From: an uncultured Candidatus Saccharibacteria bacterium
Lineage (GTDB): Bacteria > Patescibacteriota > Minisyncoccia > Phycocordibacterales > PALSA-1337
DNA length: 63,722 nucleotides
Direction: 5' to 3'
Assembly: GCA_964358005.1 (NCBI GenBank)
Contig: CAYHNH010000005.1
Location: forward strand, 1 to 63,722
Part shown: in pieces, positions 7,686 through 16,811 of the stretch
Layout: each line of letters opens with the position of its first letter
Position numbering within the stretch: position 1 is the first letter of the stretch
The notes under the pieces: generated by a model
Databases searched by the model: none
What the model saw: only the letters and a program-made list of their open reading frames with translations
What the model was told of the DNA's origin: nothing
Position numbers and translations under genes: made by a program

Positions 7686-8990
7686 ATGCGGGTACGCGAC
7701 TATTTCCTGGGAAAGCGGATAGCGGTGATCGGCATAGGCCCTCACGGCGAGATGCTTTCCGACATAAAGTTCCTGGTCAAGGCCAATGCTCTCGTCTCGG
7801 TCTATGACCTGAGGAGTGAAGGCCGGCTAGCGGAGCATCTGTCCTCGCTCCGTTCTTTCGGCCTGGCTAATCAAGTGCTGGGCTCGGTGCCATCGGAGGA
7901 TCTCATGGACATGGATCTCATCATCTTGTCGCATGAATATCCCAGGGACTCCTCATTCCTCTCGGAAGCCAAGAAGCACGGGATAGAGATAGAATACCCC
8001 GAGACCCTTTTCCTCAAGCTCGCGCCGCCAGTCACTGTCGTAGGGGTGATGGGCGCCTGTGGCAAATCGACCGTGGTATCGATGCTCGCTCCTCTCCTCG
8101 CTTCAGCCTGCGCCAAGGATGGAGCCCAGAGCAGCTTTGTCGTCGATCCGGAGCTCGAGGATGGCATCCTGGCCAATCTCAGGAAGATGCAGAGCGGCGA
8201 TATAGTGGTCATGCGCATAGCGGCCAAGATGATGCCTGAGATCAGCGCCCTGCGCTGGAGCCCCCAGGTGGCAGTTTTCACCTCTATACCGGCCGATCTA
8301 TCCTTCGAGATCATCTCTCATCAGACCTACAACAACTACGTCATCGGCAATGACCGCGTGATCGATGCTGTCCGGGCTTCCGGATTCCAGTCGAAGGCCA
8401 AGATGCTCCGCACCAAATCGAGCATCATACCGGACCATTGGCTGCCGAATGCCCGTACCCCGTTCGACAATGAGAACGCAGCCTTGGCCTTGGAGGCCGC
8501 CAGGATATTCAAGGTCTCTGACGAAGCGGCTGAGCCGGCCTTCTATTCGTGGAAGCCGCTCAAAGGACACATGGAGCTCATAAAAAAAGTCCGGAATGTC
8601 GAGTTCATCAATGATTCCTCGTCTACCACGCCGACGGCGGCCATACAGAGCATGTCATCGGTATCCAAAGACAGGGATGTCGTGCTCATATTTGGCGGGG
8701 CCGACCATGGGGCGGATTTCAGGAATTTCTATCCGGCAGTCAAGGAGTATGCCCACACTGCGATCTCGATCCCCGGAAGCGGCACTCTGCGCGAGAGACA
8801 GACTATCTCCAGGATGGAGGGAGTGAGCTTCCTGTCAGCGCCTTCACTGGAAGAAGCTGTCAGGCTGGCTTTGGACAATGCGCGCAAGGGCGACAAGGTT
8901 CTGTTCAGCCCGGCTTTCGAGGCAGCTGGCATCGACGCATCCAAAAGGGAGCGTGGAGAGAGGTTTGTGAGAGCCGTGAGGGCGTTGTAG
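7686..8990 (+). CDS. murD: UDP-N-acetylmuramoylalanine--D-glutamate ligase (MurD-like)
   Basis: Rossmann N-domain IAVIGIGPHG, P-loop GVMGACGKSTV, and NDSSSTTPTAA...IFGGADHGADF, typical of MurD. Confidence 0.8.
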   Translation: MRVRDYFLGKRIAVIGIGPHGEMLSDIKFLVKANALVSVYDLRSEGRLAEHLSSLRSFGLANQVLGSVPSEDLMDMDLIILSHEYPRDSSFLSEAKKHGIEIEYPETLFLKLAPPVTVVGVMGACGKSTVVSMLAPLLASACAKDGAQSSFVVDPELEDGILANLRKMQSGDIVVMRIAAKMMPEISALRWSPQVAVFTSIPADLSFEIISHQTYNNYVIGNDRVIDAVRASGFQSKAKMLRTKSSIIPDHWLPNARTPFDNENAALALEAARIFKVSDEAAEPAFYSWKPLKGHMELIKKVRNVEFINDSSSTTPTAAIQSMSSVSKDRDVVLIFGGADHGADFRNFYPAVKEYAHTAISIPGSGTLRERQTISRMEGVSFLSAPSLEEAVRLALDNARKGDKVLFSPAFEAAGIDASKRERGERFVRAVRAL

Positions 8991-8994
8991 GACG

Positions 8995-9852
8995 CTACTC
9001 CCCACAAATCATGCATACGATCGGTCCTTTGAATTCCCAGCCGAGAGCGGCGGCTTTCATGACGCCTGCCACTGACAGGGCGCTGTTGGTGGATATGTCT
9101 AGGTCGGTATGTTTGAAGACCAAATCTCGAGCGGCCTCGATCTCGTCGTTAGTCACGGTCCAGCCGCGGCCACCGGACTTCTTCAGGAGTGGGATCAGGG
9201 CCGGTTTGCGATGGCCGACAAGATCTGATATCGCATCGGCGATCGAACGCTCGTCAGGGCCGTCGTAGGACTCGAAGGCATCGGCCAGTGGATGGCAGGA
9301 TGAGGTCTGCACTATGTGAGTTTGGAAGCTTTGGGCCAGTGCCTGGGCTGTGGTGCCGGATGACGTGCCCATGAAAATAGCCGCGTCTTTAAGCTTGGCC
9401 AGTTCATCAGTCAGGGCTTGGTAACCGATCAAAGCCGCATCGTCTATGGATTGACGCAAGCTTCTTACGCCGTCATTGGCAGCCTGAGTGACAGCCTGGA
9501 TAGGCCGCTCTTTTACCAGCACTCGAATGTGATCATCGGCCAATTCCTTCAGTCGTTCTGCCTTGTGTGGTGCGGCATTGAGACCGATATATACGTCTAG
9601 CTCTGTAAAGCCGTCCTTCTTTTCCGCATTTAATTCGCGCACATAGAGCGCCGCCGCCAGCCCAGCATTACCGGAGGAGGAGATGGCGAAATTCCGGTCG
9701 CCTTTGGCGAGATAGTGGTCGATCATCACTGGTATCGAACGGCCTTTGTGCGAGCCGTAGGGGTGCATATCCTCCCGTTTGAAATATAGGTCAGAAACGC
9801 CGATAGCTCGAGCGAGAGCGTCGTATTTTTCGAGCGGAGTGAGCGCTGTCAT
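8995..9852 (-). CDS. Fold-type II PLP-dependent enzyme (threonine synthase/cysteine synthase-like)
   Basis: The GSHKGRS lysine motif, SSGNAG glycine loop and GTSSGTTAQ are consistent with the PALP family. Confidence 0.75.
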   Translation of the reverse strand: MTALTPLEKYDALARAIGVSDLYFKREDMHPYGSHKGRSIPVMIDHYLAKGDRNFAISSSGNAGLAAALYVRELNAEKKDGFTELDVYIGLNAAPHKAERLKELADDHIRVLVKERPIQAVTQAANDGVRSLRQSIDDAALIGYQALTDELAKLKDAAIFMGTSSGTTAQALAQSFQTHIVQTSSCHPLADAFESYDGPDERSIADAISDLVGHRKPALIPLLKKSGGRGWTVTNDEIEAARDLVFKHTDLDISTNSALSVAGVMKAAALGWEFKGPIVCMICGE

Positions 9853-9910
9853 ATCGTTGCTATACTAGCTCAAATTGGATATCATTGAAAGACGGCATGA
9901 GCCGTACCAT

Positions 9911-10105
9911 ATGATCCAAAAGAATTCTGAAATATCTAACTCAAAATGCATCTGTCCTGAATGCAAGAATGCAGTCGACCTCTCGCGCTATCCAAACCTG
10001 ACTGGTAGCATGGTCATCGAGTGCAATCATTGCGGCATGACGCTCCTCGTGAAGGAGATAGTGAACGGGGATGTGAAGACTGCTATCGTTGACGAAGGGA
10101 AGTGA
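9911..10105 (+). CDS. LysW-like zinc-ribbon protein
   Basis: CPECKN...ECNHCGMTLLV: two CxxC pairs followed by a short acidic tail (VDEGK). Alternative TTG start at 9875. Confidence 0.5.
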   Translation: MIQKNSEISNSKCICPECKNAVDLSRYPNLTGSMVIECNHCGMTLLVKEIVNGDVKTAIVDEGK

Positions 10106-11486
10106 TCGTCTGCTCTATCATTCCGCGGAATCCGTGGGAGCCTAGGAAGACTATGACATCGCCTTTTACTCTGCCTAGGGCCAGGAATCTTACAAGGTCC
10201 TCATCAACGTCTATATAGTGTACGTCTTTATGATCCTCGCCGATGGTGGCCGCTAGCTCGTCGCCCTCAAAGGCCTTTTCCGGATTTGCGGGATCGACTT
10301 TGAGCTTGGAGAGACGGGGTATGACCACAGTGTCGGCGTTTATAAAAGCATCTTTATATGAAGGCTTGGATTGCGGAGTCCTGTTGCCGATATTCGGCTC
10401 ATATACGGCGGTGACGAGCCCGGTATAGATAGAACGGATGTTTTCCAATACTGATTTGGCTTTTTCTGCGGAGTGAGCGAGGTCATCGATGATGGTCACA
10501 TCTCCTTCGAGCCTCTTTTCCATTCGGCGCTTGAGGCCGCTGAACGAGGCGATGCCGCTCAATATCTTTTCGGGTGCGATACCAGCCTTGTGGGCCATGG
10601 CGAAACAGCCGGTGATATTTTCGACATTATAAACCCCGAGGAGGGGGCTCTTTACATGATATGTATTCTTGCTATTTACGATATCGAATCCGAGACCTTC
10701 TGGTGTCTGCTTTACGTTCTCGTATCGGTAGTCGGCCTTCACGGCCTTGCCATAGCTGGTGAACTTCTTCTTGGACCTGGCGAGGAGTTTCGGCAGAGTC
10801 TCGGTGTCGATGCAGGCTACTATAATGCCGTCTGCTGGTACCATGGCAAAGAGTTTGGTAAAGGCCTCGAAATACTCCTTCTCGGTCGGATAGAGATCGG
10901 CATGGTCCCATTTGACGGCGGTGAGCAGGAGATGTTTGGGCTTGTAGTGGAAGAATTTGGCCTGTTTGTCCCACTTGGCGGTCGAGTATTCATCGCCTTC
11001 CACTATGGACCATGGACTGTCGTCTATCACTGCCGCCGGAGAGCCGTCCTGCACGATGCCGCCAGTCATGTACGACGGTTTGAGTCCGGCATCCACGAAT
11101 ATGCGGGCCAAGAGGGCGGATGAGGTCGTCTTGCCGTATGTGCCAGAGACTACGATAGATTCGGGTTTTACCAACTGGTCGCCTATGGCCTCCGGGTATG
11201 ACTTAAATGGGATATTTTTTTCCTTCACATACAAGAATTCTGGGTTCTGGGAACTGACTGCATTGCCGACAATGACGAGATCCGGCGCGCCTTCCCCTGT
11301 GATTTTTTCGGGATGCCAGCCGGAGTAATAGGGGATGCCGAGTGCGGTGAGCTGGGTCGAGACAGGAGGGAAAAAACCCGCATCACTGCCGGTGACCTTG
11401 TGGCCCTTCTTCCATAGGGCAGTGGCGATGGCGCTCATTGCCACGCCGCATATGCCTATGAAGTGGATCTTTTTGGGTTCATTCAT
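10083..11486 (-). CDS. mpl: Mur ligase, Mpl/MurC family (UDP-MurNAc:tripeptide or L-Ala ligase)
   Basis: IHFIGICGVAMSAIA, VIVGNAVSSQNPE (Mpl-like GNA motif), P-loop GTYGKTT. Confidence 0.75.
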   Translation of the reverse strand: MNEPKKIHFIGICGVAMSAIATALWKKGHKVTGSDAGFFPPVSTQLTALGIPYYSGWHPEKITGEGAPDLVIVGNAVSSQNPEFLYVKEKNIPFKSYPEAIGDQLVKPESIVVSGTYGKTTSSALLARIFVDAGLKPSYMTGGIVQDGSPAAVIDDSPWSIVEGDEYSTAKWDKQAKFFHYKPKHLLLTAVKWDHADLYPTEKEYFEAFTKLFAMVPADGIIVACIDTETLPKLLARSKKKFTSYGKAVKADYRYENVKQTPEGLGFDIVNSKNTYHVKSPLLGVYNVENITGCFAMAHKAGIAPEKILSGIASFSGLKRRMEKRLEGDVTIIDDLAHSAEKAKSVLENIRSIYTGLVTAVYEPNIGNRTPQSKPSYKDAFINADTVVIPRLSKLKVDPANPEKAFEGDELAATIGEDHKDVHYIDVDEDLVRFLALGRVKGDVIVFLGSHGFRGMIEQTITSLRQR

Positions 11487-11901
11487 GATGGTATTTCTCG
11501 TTCTTCAATATGGTGAAGGCCCTATATAGCTGTTCTAAGAATATAACGCGTACTAGGTCATGTGGGAAGGTCATCTTCGACAAGGAAATGTTGCTGTCTG
11601 ATAGTGCCTTTATCTCTGGCGTAAAACCGAACGGTCCGCCTATCACGAAGGCAACATTGTTCGCTCCCTGGCGCATCTGGTTATCTATGAATCCGGCGAA
11701 TTCTTTTGATGACATAGTCTTGCCGATCTCTTCCAAGAGGCAGATGCGCTCATACTTTGCCAGAGTTTTTTCCAATTTATCTTCTGAAGTCGCCACTAGT
11801 TCGAATGATGAATAATGAGAAAGGCGTTTTACGTATTCATTCATGAGCGATTCTACCTCGCGCGACTGTGTTTCACCGACGACTACGAGAGCGATCTTCA
11901 T
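11479..11901 (-). CDS. rlmH: 23S rRNA (pseudouridine1915-N3)-methyltransferase RlmH
   Basis: SPOUT fold pattern: FVIGGPFGF, MTFPHDLVRVIFLEQLYRA, C-terminal YH. Confidence 0.9.
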   Translation of the reverse strand: MKIALVVVGETQSREVESLMNEYVKRLSHYSSFELVATSEDKLEKTLAKYERICLLEEIGKTMSSKEFAGFIDNQMRQGANNVAFVIGGPFGFTPEIKALSDSNISLSKMTFPHDLVRVIFLEQLYRAFTILKNEKYHHE

Positions 11902-12566
11902 TTGAGCAAAGCTTTAACTGCTTCAAGGTCAGTTTGCCATTTGCCGGTGCTGTCCGGGCCGCCATCGAACCATTCGAGGCCGCTGAATTGGAGCTTGTAG
12001 GTGTCGACCGGTCTTTGAAGGGAGCCTAGGTAAATATATTTGAGGCCCTGTTGTTTTGCGTATTCGACGGCGCGTATCATCATGCCCAAGCCCATGTCTT
12101 TCGGGGCGGTATTGAGGTCGTAGAACGGATAGGAATAGTGCAGTATGGTCGGGCTTTTGAAGCATATGGCATATCCTATGGGTCGTTCGCTGTGAGAGTA
12201 TGTGAGTAGAGCATTGAAGTTGCTCGCGGCCGCATCAGTTAGTATCTCCTTCACCTTTTGGGCGCTCATGATGCCTGGCTCGAATTTCGTATCGTAAAAA
12301 TCTTTAGCCAGTTTGCCCAATGACCAGTTATATTCCTCGCGAAGGGGAAGAGACGCGGCAATAAGTTCTAGACCTTCTGTTTTTTTGAGCACGCGCCTAT
12401 TCTCGCTCGACAGTTCGAACTTAGACAGGTCTATGCGGCAGAGCCTGGTCTGCTGCATCACGCCCTTGCCTAGACGGGTGAAGACATAGCCACGGTCATA
12501 CATGGCAGTGATGGCAGTGTCCGAATGATCCGTTATGGTCCTCTCATCCCAGTGCAGATAGGCCAT
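11898..12566 (-). CDS. Arginyl/leucyl-tRNA--protein transferase-like (ATE_C/Bpt family) protein
   Basis: GYVFTR...RIDLSKFELSSENRRVLKK and KYIYLGSLQRPVDTYKLQF parallel the Bpt/ATE motifs (GFRRSG...SRSQRR; YLGY...NYK.RF). The ATG at 12566 is 1 nt after the mraY stop and is preferred to 12593. Confidence 0.65.
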   Translation of the reverse strand: MAYLHWDERTITDHSDTAITAMYDRGYVFTRLGKGVMQQTRLCRIDLSKFELSSENRRVLKKTEGLELIAASLPLREEYNWSLGKLAKDFYDTKFEPGIMSAQKVKEILTDAAASNFNALLTYSHSERPIGYAICFKSPTILHYSYPFYDLNTAPKDMGLGMMIRAVEYAKQQGLKYIYLGSLQRPVDTYKLQFSGLEWFDGGPDSTGKWQTDLEAVKALLK

Positions 12567-12567
12567 A

Positions 12568-13695
12568 TTAGTGGAGAGCCAGCCAGAAGCCAAAGACGAC
12601 GAACATGAAGTGCAGGATCCAGAATCTCATGACGGTCTTCTCCTCGCTCCAGCCGATGAGCTCGAAATGGTGGTGGATAGGCGCCATCTTGAAGACCTTC
12701 CGGCCAAAGAAATAGCGCGATATGACCTGTATGACGACAGTGATAGCTTCGACATAGAACATAAATCCTAGGAAGAACAGCGTCCCTATCTCTCCGATGG
12801 CCATGGCATTCACGGCAAGGAGAGCACCGAGGCCCAATGATCCCACATCGCCCATGATGAAACGGGCCGGTTTGATATTGAAATACGTATAGGCCGCTAA
12901 TGCGCCAACGGTGATCGCGTTGAGTATGGCTATCTCGCCAAATCCGTTGATCCAGGAGAGCAGGGTCAGAGCCCCGAAGGTTATGATGAGCATGCCGCCG
13001 GCTAAGCCATCCATTCCGTCAGCGATGTTCACTGCATTTGCTGTGAACATGACTACGAAGACGATGATAGGAACGATGAACCAGCCGGCGTTCCAGGTCA
13101 GGCCGAACGGGAAGTAGACGAAATGCCAGGCTGGGCCGAGCTTGTCATATATCCAGTAGGCAGTTATGGCTCCGGCTATGAATTGGAGCAGGAGCTTCTC
13201 GTGCACGAATATGCCACGGCTAGTCCTCGATCCGAACCAGACGGACATCCTCTTGAATACAGTCCACGGCAGGGTGGCGATATACCAGAGCCGCATCTTC
13301 CATTCTTTATGGACTCTGATGAGGGCGAGCGTGTGCCCAAGCTTGCGCGAGCGCCGTTCCGCGCCGTAGACGTTCATGATGTCGTCGAGCGCGCCGAGGA
13401 CGGCAGATATGAGCATCACGCCTATCGGCACCCAGGTGAAACTGCGCGACCAATCTAGCAGATAGGTGATAATGGCCACTGTCGCAACGACCAAGAGACC
13501 TCCCATGACCGGAGTGGTGGCCTTGTAAGCATGAGAGCCCAGGTTGGCAAGCTCGACTTTCGAGCCCTTTATTATCTTGAAATGGAAGAGGAAGCGGATG
13601 AGGAGTGGCGCTAAGAGAAAGGCAAAGACTGCGCCAAGCAGGGTAAAGCCCAAGATATAAGCCAAATCGGCCGTTCCCTGGAGAAACGTTATCAT
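12568..13695 (-). CDS. mraY: Phospho-N-acetylmuramoyl-pentapeptide transferase
   Basis: DDxxNVYG, NAVNIADGMDGLA, MGDVGSLGLGA, APIHHHFEL motifs. Confidence 0.95.
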   Translation of the reverse strand: MITFLQGTADLAYILGFTLLGAVFAFLLAPLLIRFLFHFKIIKGSKVELANLGSHAYKATTPVMGGLLVVATVAIITYLLDWSRSFTWVPIGVMLISAVLGALDDIMNVYGAERRSRKLGHTLALIRVHKEWKMRLWYIATLPWTVFKRMSVWFGSRTSRGIFVHEKLLLQFIAGAITAYWIYDKLGPAWHFVYFPFGLTWNAGWFIVPIIVFVVMFTANAVNIADGMDGLAGGMLIITFGALTLLSWINGFGEIAILNAITVGALAAYTYFNIKPARFIMGDVGSLGLGALLAVNAMAIGEIGTLFFLGFMFYVEAITVVIQVISRYFFGRKVFKMAPIHHHFELIGWSEEKTVMRFWILHFMFVVFGFWLALH

Positions 13696-13713
13696 TCTGT
13701 GAAGAATATCACG

Positions 13714-14502
13714 CTAAGAGAGCCACTTCAATCTGCGTAACTCCGTCGTGGAGGCGAGCGCCCGCTCGAATATCCTCTTGGCTTTGTCTGGACTTCCGCT
13801 CTCGGACCATAATTGTTTCGTGAGCGCCTCGCCGGCATAGGCTATATCGATCTTGCCTTGCTTCACGCCGCTGCCATAAAGGCCGTCCTCGGGGTAGGCT
13901 ATCGCGTGCGCGTAGGATAAGGATTTTGTTTCTCCGCTCTCTTGCACTACCTCAGTGATGACGATGATGTGATTGCGCTCGGCGCGCTCGCTTGCGTCGC
14001 CGGAGTCAATCATCGTTATGATATCGCCAGCCTGGGCATTTTTCAGGGCGATAATGCGGCTGTTCATGTCGCTCGCAAAAGCTCTGACGTCACAGTTCTG
14101 CGCCGGGCGCAGATATGAGAACATCTTGGCTACTGGGTTCTTGCCTTTCAGGAAAGTCATCCTGCGGTTTATATGGCCATGTCCCCTAGCTCGGTTCTCT
14201 GAATCTAGGACGTAGTAAGCGAAGCCCGAGCAATCGATGCCTAGGTTGTTGTCGACTAAGATCTTCTTCAGAGCCTCGTCGCTGAGACTGTCTTTGGCTA
14301 CGTGTCCCTTCACGAGGATTATCTCAAGCTCTTCCAGAATGTCCTTCGGGCTGCCTTTGCCTACGCGAGCGCGCTCGCCGCCTCTAGCGCGACCGATCTT
14401 GTTATTGAAATAGGGTATGCCCGTCCTGGCATTGCCGATGCGAAAATCGATATATGAGCCGATCATCCTGTCCGCGTCTGTTGATAGTTTGTTCTTGTCC
14501 AT
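13714..14502 (-). CDS. NlpC/P60-like (C40) putative peptidase
   Basis: GIDCSGFAYYVL (catalytic Cys motif) and a later GDIITM...NHIIVITEV (His). Assignment is tentative. Confidence 0.5.
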   Translation of the reverse strand: MDKNKLSTDADRMIGSYIDFRIGNARTGIPYFNNKIGRARGGERARVGKGSPKDILEELEIILVKGHVAKDSLSDEALKKILVDNNLGIDCSGFAYYVLDSENRARGHGHINRRMTFLKGKNPVAKMFSYLRPAQNCDVRAFASDMNSRIIALKNAQAGDIITMIDSGDASERAERNHIIVITEVVQESGETKSLSYAHAIAYPEDGLYGSGVKQGKIDIAYAGEALTKQLWSESGSPDKAKRIFERALASTTELRRLKWLS

Positions 14503-14515
14503 AATCCTTCTAAAT

Positions 14516-15748
14516 CTACCTTAAATATACATTCTCTGCTATACGCTTACCCTGGTCATTGAAAGTCCCATGTCCGGCCATGATGCTCTTCTTTGATTGG
14601 ATGCGGATAAGGTCGCTGTTCATCGTATGGTTCTCGTAGGGGATGGCTGTGAATCCGTCTAGTTCGAGTGCGGCCACGGCGCTCGCGGGTACCGAACGCG
14701 CGCTCTGCGTCACACGCTGGATGATCTGCGCGCCATCTTCTATCTCGATCAAGCTCGATACGGGCCTGCCCATGAGCGCCGCTATGTGGGCCTCGAATGT
14801 AGTCATACCTAGAGCTCCTTCGGCTCGCCTAGCGCGCTGAAGCTCTGATTCGAAAGGAGCGGAAGCAGGCTGTCGGGCATTGATCTCTATCAGAAAGAAT
14901 TTTCCTGTGGATGACTCTTTTATGATATCTATGCCGAAAAGGCCTCGCCAAAAATCTTTCTGCATTTTCGTGCCTATCTCCATGGCCATGGCTTTGATCG
15001 CGGCCCTGTCCTCGGCAGTCAGCATGGTTCTCACCGCGCCCCAGTCATTGCCTATAGTCGAGAAGGCGCTCTCCGTGAAAGGGGGGAGCCCCGTTATCTG
15101 GTAGCTAGGCGAGCTCACCAAGATCTTGTCAGGCGACGCGATGACATTGACCGTGAATGACGGGCCATCTACATAGTCTGTGAGCCGGCTCACACGATGA
15201 GGGAACCTTGACTGCAGTGTGGAAAGGTCCTGCTCGAATCTTATTAGGACGGTTCCGCCTCCTGTGTGCCCATGTGCCCACTGCAGAATGAAAGGCTGAT
15301 TCTGCCACTTTATATCCTTGGTCAGGGCTATCCTGTGCGGGGGGAGATATCGACTAAGTTCGCCGAGCCATGCGATCTGGGATATTTTGTTCTCTATCTT
15401 CTCACCAGATGCGGCAACGGGATTTATGAGGGTCCAGCCTCTTTCGTGGGCGATGGGCTCTATGCGCTCTGTATTCTTGAATACGAGTATGTATGGCTTC
15501 GCACCTGATTCTTTTGTAATGCGGGCTACGAGATCCTCTGATGCTTTGCTTCTAATCAGCTCTCCGGTGCTGGCAGAATCCTCGGTCATGCTATCCACGA
15601 GGATGACGTTATCCGGATGCTGTTTAGCTATGGATTCTCCGTAAAGGGTGCGGTTGGAGACTATGAAATAGCCCTGGCCGGGAGCCATGCCGAGTGCTCG
15701 GTCTATATCGCGCGTTATATATACTATGGTCTCTTTACCTTGGGACAT
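14516..15748 (-). CDS. ATP-grasp domain protein
   Basis: C-terminal GLFGIDIIKE...KFFLIEINARQPAS is an ATP-grasp signature. The N-terminal domain is unassigned. Confidence 0.7.
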   Translation of the reverse strand: MSQGKETIVYITRDIDRALGMAPGQGYFIVSNRTLYGESIAKQHPDNVILVDSMTEDSASTGELIRSKASEDLVARITKESGAKPYILVFKNTERIEPIAHERGWTLINPVAASGEKIENKISQIAWLGELSRYLPPHRIALTKDIKWQNQPFILQWAHGHTGGGTVLIRFEQDLSTLQSRFPHRVSRLTDYVDGPSFTVNVIASPDKILVSSPSYQITGLPPFTESAFSTIGNDWGAVRTMLTAEDRAAIKAMAMEIGTKMQKDFWRGLFGIDIIKESSTGKFFLIEINARQPASAPFESELQRARRAEGALGMTTFEAHIAALMGRPVSSLIEIEDGAQIIQRVTQSARSVPASAVAALELDGFTAIPYENHTMNSDLIRIQSKKSIMAGHGTFNDQGKRIAENVYLR

Positions 15749-15767
15749 GCTCGAAGTCTATTACAGT

Positions 15768-15796
15768 TTGACGCCAATCTCAAACGGGGGTATTGT
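15768..15796 (+). promoter_or_regulatory. Promoter of rsmI
   Basis: TTGACG (15768-15773), 17-nt spacer, TATTGT (15791-15796). The ATG at 15804 lies 7 nt downstream. Confidence 0.6.
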
Positions 15797-15803
15797 GCCC
15801 TGA

Positions 15804-16526
15804 ATGGCCACTCTATTCGTGATCGGGACTCCGATAGGCAACATGGAAGATATAACCCTGCGCGCGCTCAAGGCTCTTTCTTCAGTCGATACGATACTTT
15901 GCGAGGATACCAGGACGACCAAGAAGCTCCTCGCCCGTCATGGCATAAGCAGGCCGACTCTCTCATACCATGCTCACTCCAAGGTATCCAGAACCGATGA
16001 CATTATGGCGATGCTACGCGCGGGCAAGGACCTCGCTCTGGTCTCTGATGCGGGAACTCCAGGCATATCCGACCCGGGGGCAGAGCTAGTGGCGCGTGTA
16101 CGTGGAGCTATGGCCGCTGACATATCCGACGGCAAAGTGAAGATAGAATCCGTGCCAGGACCGTCAGCGCTCGCGGCCGCTCTTTCCATCGCCGGCGTGC
16201 CGTGCGCCTCCTTTGTCTTTTTAGGATTCCTGCCACACAAGAAGGGTAGAGAGACTCTGTTTAGGGAGATAGCAGCTTCGGAGAGGACGATGATCTTCTA
16301 CGAATCGCCTCACAGGATACTCAAGACTCTCGAATCGCTCAAGGAGCATACGGCTCACGAAGGCTCGAAGCCGAAGCTGGTGACAATCTGCCGAGAGCTC
16401 ACCAAGATATTCGAGGAAGTGGTTTCGGGCTCGCCAGCCGATGTCCTGGATCGTTTCGAAAAAAAGCTGGAGGCAGTGCGCGGGGAGTTCGTGGTCATTG
16501 TGAGCGATGCTCGGTCTAAGCTATAA
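15804..16526 (+). CDS. rsmI: 16S rRNA (cytidine1402-2'-O)-methyltransferase RsmI
   Basis: LFVIGTPIGNMEDITLRALKAL...ILCEDTR, tetrapyrrole-methylase fold. Confidence 0.9.
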   Translation: MATLFVIGTPIGNMEDITLRALKALSSVDTILCEDTRTTKKLLARHGISRPTLSYHAHSKVSRTDDIMAMLRAGKDLALVSDAGTPGISDPGAELVARVRGAMAADISDGKVKIESVPGPSALAAALSIAGVPCASFVFLGFLPHKKGRETLFREIAASERTMIFYESPHRILKTLESLKEHTAHEGSKPKLVTICRELTKIFEEVVSGSPADVLDRFEKKLEAVRGEFVVIVSDARSKL

Positions 16527-16538
16527 TCAAATCATCCC

Positions 16539-16811
16539 ATGTCAAAGCGTCAGGTACTCATGATAATAGGCGTCTGGGTCATATTGATCCTCCAGCTGGG
16601 CTTTCCCGATAGCTGGGACCGCTTCCTTCTGGTCCTGACCGGGCTCATCATTATATTTATGGCGTATCGCATGAAGGCGGAGTTAGGTTCTACTGATTCG
16701 CCGAGGAATGAGCGCCCATATGTCGATCATCACAGTCTGTCCGATAACGATAAGAGGGAGGATAGGCTGGCCGATAATAATCCGCCCTCACAGCCGGGCA
16801 CGGTCTCATGA
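16539..16811 (+). CDS. Small two-TM membrane protein
   Basis: Two hydrophobic helices and a charged tail; stop overlaps the next start (ATGA). Confidence 0.5.
   Translation: MSKRQVLMIIGVWVILILQLGFPDSWDRFLLVLTGLIIIFMAYRMKAELGSTDSPRNERPYVDHHSLSDNDKREDRLADNNPPSQPGTVS

Noticed and set aside
9875-9910. TTG start at 9875 for the zinc-ribbon gene
   Set aside because: It would be a leaderless non-AUG start 8 nt after TATACT and would add 12 non-conserved-looking residues. The ATG at 9911 is preferred, but the TTG cannot be excluded.
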